Of a stretch of DNA of 62,027 bases, positions 27,330 through 34,961 are shown piece after piece; position 1 is the stretch's first letter, and the number at the start of each line of letters is the position of its first letter. Source of the DNA: Candidatus Jorgensenbacteria bacterium GW2011_GWA1_48_11. GTDB lineage: Bacteria > Patescibacteriota > Minisyncoccia > UBA6257 > GWB1-50-10. The stretch spans positions 5,486-67,512 of the forward strand of contig LCPF01000005.1 in the NCBI GenBank assembly GCA_001003475.1, read 5' to 3'. A program made the translations under genes and the position numbers. Below the pieces are notes generated by a model, which was not told the DNA's origin, searched no databases, and worked only from the letters and a program-made list of their open reading frames with translations.

Positions 27330-28361
27330 TTACCTCTTCTTTCTCGTAATTTTATAGATAGCAGCCTTCTTACCAGAGACTAAGATGTCATATTTACTAT
27401 TCATGGCAAAAATTTGACCAAATTTATTCTGCAAAACATATTCGAACGTCTCTTTCGGGCCAATCAAAATGACAACAATCCCATCTGCTTTTAAAACACG
27501 CCTAAACTCGCTTAGCATTTCTTCATAAAATCTTTCGAGGCTGGGCATCCCTTGATATTCTCCCCACGGCGGATCGGTGATAATTTTGTCGATTGATGCA
27601 TCGGGAAGATCAAGTCGTAACGCATTAGCTTGGGCCACTTTCATGTTTTTGATACCTCCCGTTTTCCTCCGAAGTTCCCGAACCAGCATTTCATCTATGT
27701 CGGAGGCGTAGATCCTTTGATACGGAAATGAGCGTGCACGTTCAATAGCAATGGCTCCATAACCAACAAACGGATCGCATACCACATCAAAAGATTTTGG
27801 TTCGGATAAAAGACAAAGGACGTGCGCAAGCTCTGCCCGCAACTCTCCTTTTCTCCTTTGCTTAGTTTCCGCCCTCACTCTAGTGAATCGAAGCCCGAAC
27901 AGCACCACTCCCTCTCGTCGCGATATAAACCAAAACTCAAGGTTCGGTTTTTGGATATTGAGACGCAATCCGCTCCCCTTCTGAATACGGCGTTCTACAC
28001 CTTGCAATAACCGCCTACTCATTGATACAGTTTCATTTTCGACACTTGCAAAAACCCTAAAGCTCCGCTTACCCCGAACGATCTCTTGAAAAGCGGCTGA
28101 CGTTCTCACGCCTTGTCTCGCAATAGTGTTCATCAATTCATCCAATGCGCCCTTTCCGCTCCTGCGATTCTCTTTAATCGCCAAAAGAAGAAAAAGATTA
28201 TTAAGATAACGAATATTTTGTAGCTCTTTCCACGAACGTGATGAACGGAAGACAATCAGTCCATCATATATTTTAGCAACGGAAATATTCCCCAGTTTGG
28301 TAAGCTGGCTCTCGACTAATTGGCTCGTACCAGTGATAAATGTGGCAAAGTAAGTGTTCAT
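27330..28361 (-). CDS. THUMP-domain class I SAM-dependent (RNA) methyltransferase
   Basis: N-terminal THUMP-like region, CDPFVGYGAIAIE, and the catalytic IITDPPWGEY motif. A start at 28361 gives an ATGA overlap with the upstream gene. Confidence 0.7.
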   Translation of the reverse strand: MNTYFATFITGTSQLVESQLTKLGNISVAKIYDGLIVFRSSRSWKELQNIRYLNNLFLLLAIKENRRSGKGALDELMNTIARQGVRTSAAFQEIVRGKRSFRVFASVENETVSMSRRLLQGVERRIQKGSGLRLNIQKPNLEFWFISRREGVVLFGLRFTRVRAETKQRRKGELRAELAHVLCLLSEPKSFDVVCDPFVGYGAIAIERARSFPYQRIYASDIDEMLVRELRRKTGGIKNMKVAQANALRLDLPDASIDKIITDPPWGEYQGMPSLERFYEEMLSEFRRVLKADGIVVILIGPKETFEYVLQNKFGQIFAMNSKYDILVSGKKAAIYKITRKKR

Positions 28362-29704
28362 AAAAAAGACGCCTGTTTTGTCGACGGTATGGACGCCCAC
28401 AAATGGGGCTTTCCACCCATTTTGATTTTAAGATCTGCTACATATCTCGCAAAAAGATCGAGCAGGAGAAAAATAGCAATAAAAAAGAAGTTTTGAGTGT
28501 TCGCCAGACCGATAAGTTCTTTGCGCCACTGCTTTTCTATTTTCTTGAAAAAATGGGTATTCATTTGCCGTCTTCCCATTCTCGTACGAATTTTCTGCTT
28601 GAAAAAATCCTGGAGGGTCTGAGGGAAAACCACACGGACTCTTATGTTGCCACAATAATAGAATACTACCCCTCTTTGAAAAAGAAACAAGGAAAGTAAA
28701 CCGTCATCATTGATCGTTTCGTCGCTCATGGATGCAATGGTGCTCACAAAATCGTTCCGAGAAAGCAGCATTGTATATCCAGAAGGATAAAGAAACGTGC
28801 GGGCTGTGCTGTTCTTTGCGCGTAAAGCATTCCACGCTTCGCAACTGACTACCGAAAGCTTGTAGTAGAAATCGCTTTTTACTTTGATCGGAATAATTTT
28901 CCCTGTGCATGGAAATTTATTCTCGCAAACGCAGGAAAAACACTCTCGTAAAAAAGCGTCGTCGATATCCACGTCTGCATCCAGAAGCAAAACAGTATCG
29001 CCGGTGATAAATGGAATTGCTTTCTTAAGAGCACTGATTTTGCCATTTCTTCTTGTTTCCAATACCAGAGTTACTAGTGGAGATTTTATAAATTCAATAA
29101 TTTGGTTCGTTCTGTCAGTGCACCCACTAGATACCACGATTATCTCATTAACTCTCTGCGAAGAAGACTGAAACAATAATTTGTTCAAAATGTTTTCAAT
29201 ATTCCTTTCTTCATTATGGGCGGCTATCACTATTGAAAGTGTTTTTGTTCTCAACATTTCATTAATTGTCAGTTTCAATGCCTCCAAACCTCTAATGAGA
29301 AGTCTGTTGGTTTCTGAAACGTCGTGGTAATCTACGTCCTGAAATAAAGCGGAGTCGATTGAAACGACGTCGTGAATCGAAAACGTCTTATCTCTTGCGA
29401 AAGGCCATTTTTCAAGGACCTCTTGTCGATGTCCTTGAGTAAAGCAGATAACGACTGAGGCCCACCGAATATCCTTCAAAGACACTTTTTGCGATCGATG
29501 ATCTCCAATATCCAGTGAATACCGTTCGCGCACTATACGGGCAAGTAACGGATGCGGAACCTCGAAATAGGGTTCCGTACCTCGCGAACGAACCCGAAAA
29601 GGAAGTCCGTTGTTTAAGACCTCCCGAGCAAACAACTTTTCGGCAACGACGCTTCTGTATACGTTCCCTGTACAAATAAATAAAGTTTTACTGTAGTCCT
29701 TCAT
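28358..29704 (-). CDS. Fusion protein: low-molecular-weight phosphotyrosine phosphatase domain plus family 2 glycosyltransferase with C-terminal TM segments
   Basis: LFICTGNVYRS is the C-x5-R-S P-loop. LSIVIAAHNEERNI and LLLDADVD are GT2 motifs. Hydrophobic FFFIAIFLLLDLF lies near the C terminus. Confidence 0.65.
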   Translation of the reverse strand: MKDYSKTLFICTGNVYRSVVAEKLFAREVLNNGLPFRVRSRGTEPYFEVPHPLLARIVRERYSLDIGDHRSQKVSLKDIRWASVVICFTQGHRQEVLEKWPFARDKTFSIHDVVSIDSALFQDVDYHDVSETNRLLIRGLEALKLTINEMLRTKTLSIVIAAHNEERNIENILNKLLFQSSSQRVNEIIVVSSGCTDRTNQIIEFIKSPLVTLVLETRRNGKISALKKAIPFITGDTVLLLDADVDIDDAFLRECFSCVCENKFPCTGKIIPIKVKSDFYYKLSVVSCEAWNALRAKNSTARTFLYPSGYTMLLSRNDFVSTIASMSDETINDDGLLSLFLFQRGVVFYYCGNIRVRVVFPQTLQDFFKQKIRTRMGRRQMNTHFFKKIEKQWRKELIGLANTQNFFFIAIFLLLDLFARYVADLKIKMGGKPHLWASIPSTKQASFL

Positions 29705-29707
29705 AAT

Positions 29708-30652
29708 TCAAAAGATAAATTCGAACCGCTTCGGCCACTTGTCTAATTTTCGATTGACCTCATATAGACGACTCAAATCCATGCTTTTATTTTCCTTCAA
29801 CTTGAAAAGTGATGCAGTGAGATAGAAAGTGCCCAAAATCGGGTAGGTGAAAGGATAATATTGACAATAAAAGTCCTTATACAGCCGGAATAAGCTTCTT
29901 CCGTATGCAGAAAAGTGTTCCCAAAACTCTTTGCGGTTTTGATACTCAACCAAGCAGGTAAATAAGTTTCTCAGCGCAAGTCTGCAAGTTGAGAATCTCG
30001 AAAAGGACTGCTTACTATCGTGAGCAACGATAGCGGTATTTAAAAAATACAGCTTAAAACCAGTTTTGGTGATAATTCTCAAACTTAATTCAACATCCTC
30101 GTGATACATAAAGAAATCTTCTCTGAAACAAAGTTGATCTTGTAATCTATCTAGATTTGCAAAAAGGGCCGTTCCGGGCACAAAACCTACCTCGACATAT
30201 TCTTTATTAACATCATAAGCTCTAATAAAACCGCTTCGAATATCAAAAGTGAGCGGGTAACCCATGGTTTTTTTGCCGGACAGGAATTCAGAGTACTCCA
30301 CTATCGCTGGCGAGACGCAACCAAGATCGTTTTTTGACTCAGCAAATTCATAAAGACGTCTAAGGCAATTCGGATCGAGGACGGTATCAATATTCAACAA
30401 AAAAACGTATTTCGTTTTCACTCCACGGATGCATAGATTGTTTGCTCTCGCCCATCCAACATTCTCTCGGCTCCGGACGATTTTAACAGGATATTCCTCA
30501 ACCAGGTTAAGCGTACCGTCGTTTGAACCATTATCAAAAACGATTACTTCAAAACCTTTGTACGTTTGCACAAAAATAGAATCGAGGCATGACCTCGCAT
30601 ATCTTTCGCTATTAAATGTAGGAACAATAATCGTAATAGTTATCTGTGACAT
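29708..30652 (-). CDS. Glycosyltransferase family 2
   Basis: ITIIVPTFNSERY..., FDNGSNDGT, and a NID-type DxD region. The probable start is M14 at 30652; the ORF track gives 30691. Confidence 0.8.
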   Translation of the reverse strand: MSQITITIIVPTFNSERYARSCLDSIFVQTYKGFEVIVFDNGSNDGTLNLVEEYPVKIVRSRENVGWARANNLCIRGVKTKYVFLLNIDTVLDPNCLRRLYEFAESKNDLGCVSPAIVEYSEFLSGKKTMGYPLTFDIRSGFIRAYDVNKEYVEVGFVPGTALFANLDRLQDQLCFREDFFMYHEDVELSLRIITKTGFKLYFLNTAIVAHDSKQSFSRFSTCRLALRNLFTCLVEYQNRKEFWEHFSAYGRSLFRLYKDFYCQYYPFTYPILGTFYLTASLFKLKENKSMDLSRLYEVNRKLDKWPKRFEFIF

Positions 30653-30653
30653 A

Positions 30654-31346
30654 TCATTTTTTGTCTTTTTTAAGGACGAAAATTCGTTCATATCCTTGAT
30701 TTCGTTCCGTTATCTTCTGTACCTGGTTAAAGAAGAGGTCGCACATTTGCGACTTGTACAGATCCATAGCACGAAATTTTTCTTGGATATTTTTTATTTT
30801 AACCCTTTTGAAAATTGCGAGGTTATATTTCTTTGAATCCGGTACCCGACTATATGGGATATCGTCTACAAAATAAATCCGAATAGGCAACTTAATAAGC
30901 TCAGCCGCTCGATGAACAATGCGGTGATCTTGATGTTGTCGGGCTCCAGATTCGAAAGGAATAACCATGTTTTGTATATTGTGTTTCTTTATAAAAACAG
31001 TGAGGGAATTAGATATTTTGTTCACCAGATCCCTCTCAATTCCGGTTTTGGAATGAAAATGGGTTTTCCCATTTCTCAACAGACAATCTTTAAAACCAAA
31101 AAAATAAGGGACAAGTCGAAGTAATCTGGCAAATTCTTTATCTTCTGCGATCCTTAATCGGGTAACTGACCTTTCACTATTAGCCAAACAAAACCTTTTT
31201 CTTCTTATCGGATCTAACCAACTTGATTTTGAAAAAATGGTCAAAAGATAGTAAGGCTTAGGTAATGTCTGAGTTTTAATCAAAAAATAAGACGACATAA
31301 CCATATCGTCGCTATGCGGTTGAACAAACAACGTTCCCTTCAACAC
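30654..31346 (-). CDS. PIG-L/LmbE family deacetylase
   Basis: VQPHSDDMVM (the PHxDD motif) and HQDHRIVH. Confidence 0.7.
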   Translation of the reverse strand: MLKGTLFVQPHSDDMVMSSYFLIKTQTLPKPYYLLTIFSKSSWLDPIRRKRFCLANSERSVTRLRIAEDKEFARLLRLVPYFFGFKDCLLRNGKTHFHSKTGIERDLVNKISNSLTVFIKKHNIQNMVIPFESGARQHQDHRIVHRAAELIKLPIRIYFVDDIPYSRVPDSKKYNLAIFKRVKIKNIQEKFRAMDLYKSQMCDLFFNQVQKITERNQGYERIFVLKKDKK

Positions 31347-31387
31347 AAAGTTAGAATATAATAATCTAAATAGATTGTCAATATTTA

Positions 31388-32113
31388 TTAAAAACTTTGG
31401 TCATTACCTTGCGGCATGTAACCTAACGTCTTTTTTGCTTTTTCGTAACTCCACGGGTTTTCGGGGTGACTCCCCGTAATATGAAAAATATCGAATATGA
31501 ATCCTATATCTTTTTCAACAGCTGCCTTGAATGCTTGAGCAACATCTCCGGCACTTGTCCGAATCTCTGGACTGGCAGCTTCTGCCCATGAAGACAGGGG
31601 GGGTTCAGGAACAACCGCTATCAAACGGAGTACTATAGATTTTATTTGATAATTCTCTGCATAAAATTTAGTAATAAATTCTCCAATATATTTCGTAAAC
31701 CCATAAAAAGATTTCTGTTTCGGAGGCGTGTCTTCGGTAATATTCAATTTTTTCGTAAAATCGCCATACCCATCAAATACTGATAAACTGGAGGTATACA
31801 CAAATTTCTTCACATTGGCCCTAACTGCCTCCTGAATCACAATCAACGTACCGCAAACGTTTACTTTCCACATTTCTTCATCAGCTTCCCCTATTCCGTC
31901 TTCTGCAATAGCCATATGAATTACTACTTCGTGTCCTTTCATGGCAGACCTCATCAACGCCCGGTCGAGTACGGAGCCAACGATTTTGCGAGACCTTGAC
32001 GGAAAATCATCTGGATATTCGATATCAACGAGTGTAAGTTCGTGGTCTTTTTCTAAAACTTCAATCACTTTTCTTGCTACCGTCGACGCCGCGCCAGTGA
32101 TACATATTTTCAT
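31388..32113 (-). CDS. NAD-dependent epimerase/dehydratase family protein
   Basis: MKICITGAASTVARKV Rossmann start and YGFTKYIGE (YxxxK). Confidence 0.75.
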   Translation of the reverse strand: MKICITGAASTVARKVIEVLEKDHELTLVDIEYPDDFPSRSRKIVGSVLDRALMRSAMKGHEVVIHMAIAEDGIGEADEEMWKVNVCGTLIVIQEAVRANVKKFVYTSSLSVFDGYGDFTKKLNITEDTPPKQKSFYGFTKYIGEFITKFYAENYQIKSIVLRLIAVVPEPPLSSWAEAASPEIRTSAGDVAQAFKAAVEKDIGFIFDIFHITGSHPENPWSYEKAKKTLGYMPQGNDQSF

Positions 32114-32240
32114 AACATAGAAATTATATTACAAAAATAAACAAATAGTCTAAAAAACCGATCAAAACTACAATACATTATTCGATTTAAATCATGGAAA
32201 CTTGAAAAAGAGTTCGCTTTCCAATAGACTTACATTAAGC

Positions 32241-32756
32241 ATGCTTTCATATAATGACTTAAAAGTTGGTACAACTTTCCAAAGCAAGCCAGTAGTTCAG
32301 ATCAAAATAAAAAATTTAATAACCGGCAAAATGGTCAATTACAACGCCCATCAGAACGAACAATTCAAAGAAGCCGAAATTGATATTGCGCCGGTTAAAT
32401 TCATTTACCACAACCGCGGCGAATATTGGTTCAGTGAAATCGACAACCCCAAGAACCGCTTCCAGCTAAAAGAGGACGTTTTGGGCAATGCCGGCCAATT
32501 TTTGAAAGCCGATACCGAAGTCAAAGCTTTCAAATTCAACGATAAAATCATCAACATCGAACTCCCGCCCAAGGTGGATCTCAAGGTGACTGAAGCGCCG
32601 CCGGCGATCCGCGGCAACACGGCCCAAGGCGGCACTAAACTCGTCACTCTCGAGACCGGCGGCACGGCGGATGTCCCTCTTTTCATCAACGAAGGCGATA
32701 TCGTCCGTATAAATACCCAATCAGGCGAGTACGTAGAAAGAGCTGACAAAGCTTAA
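32241..32756 (+). CDS. efp: Elongation factor P with a deleted domain-I loop
   Basis: Domains II and III are typical (PPKVDLKVTEAPPAIRGNTAQGGTKLVTLETGGTADVPLFINEGD). Domain I reads YNDLKVGTTFQSKPVVQIKIKNLITG, with no KPGKG segment. The ORF track's TTG start at 32202 is unlikely. Confidence 0.85.
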   Translation: MLSYNDLKVGTTFQSKPVVQIKIKNLITGKMVNYNAHQNEQFKEAEIDIAPVKFIYHNRGEYWFSEIDNPKNRFQLKEDVLGNAGQFLKADTEVKAFKFNDKIINIELPPKVDLKVTEAPPAIRGNTAQGGTKLVTLETGGTADVPLFINEGDIVRINTQSGEYVERADKA

Positions 32757-32818
32757 GCGAATACGCCTGCCCCGTACCAGCACAAGGTTTTGATGCGGGG
32801 TGGAGCGAGCAAGAAAAT

Positions 32819-34642
32819 CTAGGGCTTATCGACGTTATCGAGAGCCTCCTTGATGGCTTCGCGTAAAACTTCGGTATTAATCTCTTTTTTGGGAAAAATC
32901 CGCGGTTTCTTTTCCGGGGCCGGATAAGCGTTTAATTCACTCAATCTCAATTCATGCTCTTTTTGTTCTTCGGCTGAAACCGCCGGCGGAACGATCGGAA
33001 CCGCTTTCGGAACGAACTTTTTGAAAAAAGATTGGCGCTTTTCCGGTTCCTGATGCAATTCTTCAGTTTGCGCCTGTTCCGTCTTGGTTTCAAACTCGAT
33101 ACCCAAGCCCGCCAAGTCGGAGAAATATTTCTCCTGGGTTTTAGCGGTCTTCATTGAACCGCGGCGCACCGGCGCCATTTCGCCGGCTTCGATCTTCGCA
33201 AAACAATCGCTGCAATAAACCGGCCGGCCCGGCGTCGGCTCAAAGGGTACGGTCGTTAATTTGCCGCAAGACGAACAAACAACTTCATGCTTTACGCCCC
33301 TGCCGGCTTCCGCCGAAGAGCCAGCCTGACTCATTATGCCGCTCCATTCCTCGATCTCCTTTTCGACGACTGCCCGCGGCCGGGAATAATACTTGTGGGA
33401 AGCTTCGATAATTTTCTTTTCCATCAATTCCGAAGTAACGACTTTAAAGGGCGGCAGAGTATTCGAGGAAAAAGGACGACTCGTCACGCCGTTGACCATC
33501 AACTTCAAGTAAACGCAGTAATTCGGCAAATTCACGATGTCTTGGATTGCAAATTCCGGCTCGAATTCTTTTTCCAAAAACTCGGCATCAGCCGCGCCGA
33601 CCCGAAAAACGACCATCGTGCCGACGTTGCCGAAAACCGCGTCCCGGACCTTGGTGGAAATGTCCGTTTCCAGCTGGCCGATATACTGATGGGCCAAAAT
33701 CAAATCCAGGCGGTATTTCCTGGCTTCGGAAAGGATGTTGGCGAAAGAATCGGTGGCGAAATTCTGGAATTCGTCGACGTAAAGGTAAAAATCCACCCTT
33801 TCTTCTTCGGGTAAACGTACCCGCTCCATGGCCGAAAGCTGGATTTTCGTAATAAGCATGCCGCCCAAAAGAGCGGAATTATCCTCGCCAATCCTGCCTT
33901 TTGAAACGTTAACGAGGAAAATCTTGCTACTGTTCATTATGTCAAAAATATCAATCGTGCTTTGGGACTGGCCGACGATATTCCTAATCAAGGCGGTGGA
34001 AAGAAATTGGCCGACTTTATTCTGAATCGGGGCAATGGCTTCATTGCGGAATTGATCCCGCCATTGTTCGTATTCGTGAACCCAAAAAGCTTTGACCACC
34101 GGATCTTTAAGGTTGGCGATGATCTTCTGCCGGTATTCTTTGTCCACCAAAATCCGGGTAATCCCCAAAAGCGTAGTGCCGGGGGTATCTAAAAGAGCCA
34201 TGATCGCATTATTCAGAATATATTCCATTCGGGCCGACCAGACATTGGACCAGATTTTCGTGAAAATGCCCATCAACCCCGAAGCGACCAAATGCTTGTA
34301 TTTCGGATCGGGCAATTCCAAAACGTTGAAACCGATGTGGAAATCGGTGTCGGCTGGATTGAAATAAATCACGTCTTTCATCCGCTCCTCGGGAATTTTT
34401 CCTAAAATGCTTTCCACGAGTTCGCCGTGAGGATCGACAACGCAAACGCCCTCGCCGTTCACGATATCCTGCACGATCATATTGTGGAGAAGAGCGCTCT
34501 TGCCGGTGCCGGTTTTACCGACGACGTACATATGCTGGCGGCGATCGCTCCGCTTAATGCCAAAAAGTCTATTTGCGTTTCGAAAATCCGTTCGGCCGAA
34601 ATAAACGACGTCCTTGTCAGTGTTTTCTAAATTGACAGCCAT
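32819..34642 (-). CDS. VirD4/TraD (type IV coupling protein)-like P-loop ATPase with a C-terminal zinc ribbon (ATPase-1)
   Basis: Walker A VVGKTGTGKS, Walker B FYLYVDEFQNF, and ARKYRLDLILAHQYIGQL. C-terminal CSSCGKLTTVPFEPTPGRPVYCSDCF. No TM segment. Confidence 0.65.
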   Translation of the reverse strand: MAVNLENTDKDVVYFGRTDFRNANRLFGIKRSDRRQHMYVVGKTGTGKSALLHNMIVQDIVNGEGVCVVDPHGELVESILGKIPEERMKDVIYFNPADTDFHIGFNVLELPDPKYKHLVASGLMGIFTKIWSNVWSARMEYILNNAIMALLDTPGTTLLGITRILVDKEYRQKIIANLKDPVVKAFWVHEYEQWRDQFRNEAIAPIQNKVGQFLSTALIRNIVGQSQSTIDIFDIMNSSKIFLVNVSKGRIGEDNSALLGGMLITKIQLSAMERVRLPEEERVDFYLYVDEFQNFATDSFANILSEARKYRLDLILAHQYIGQLETDISTKVRDAVFGNVGTMVVFRVGAADAEFLEKEFEPEFAIQDIVNLPNYCVYLKLMVNGVTSRPFSSNTLPPFKVVTSELMEKKIIEASHKYYSRPRAVVEKEIEEWSGIMSQAGSSAEAGRGVKHEVVCSSCGKLTTVPFEPTPGRPVYCSDCFAKIEAGEMAPVRRGSMKTAKTQEKYFSDLAGLGIEFETKTEQAQTEELHQEPEKRQSFFKKFVPKAVPIVPPAVSAEEQKEHELRLSELNAYPAPEKKPRIFPKKEINTEVLREAIKEALDNVDKP

Positions 34643-34666
34643 TAATTAATTATAACCTAAACAGTT

Positions 34667-34858
34667 CTAACTCTTGCCTTCGATATCGCCCAAATCCTCA
34701 TCCTTGCAATATTCGTCTTCGACGCCCTCAAGATCGCAAATAACCTTCCTTTGTTTTTTCACATGAAGACGAAGCTTCTCGACTCGGATAATCAGGCAAA
34801 CTATCACCAGGATTATAAGACCGATAATCCATCCGGATAGATACATTGCCATTACCAT
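34667..34858 (-). CDS. 63-aa membrane peptide with an acidic tail
   Basis: One hydrophobic helix (LSGWIIGLIILVIVCLII), then a basic stretch and an acidic tail. It sits between P1 and ATPase-1. Confidence 0.4.
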   Translation of the reverse strand: MVMAMYLSGWIIGLIILVIVCLIIRVEKLRLHVKKQRKVICDLEGVEDEYCKDEDLGDIEGKS

Positions 34859-34961
34859 ACCTTAGAAAAAGCCCGGTGTCAAGACAAAAATCTTTTGGTG
34901 GCATTTGCTAGGCTGGATCTAGGCTATTTCGGCGTTATCCTTCGACGTGGCTCAGGATCAA

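Noticed and set aside
32770-32800. The hairpin after efp could be listed as a rho-independent terminator feature.
   Set aside because: The stem is only ~5-6 bp with a ~20-nt loop and no U-run. It is mentioned only as a possible mini-copy of the hairpin repeat termini.
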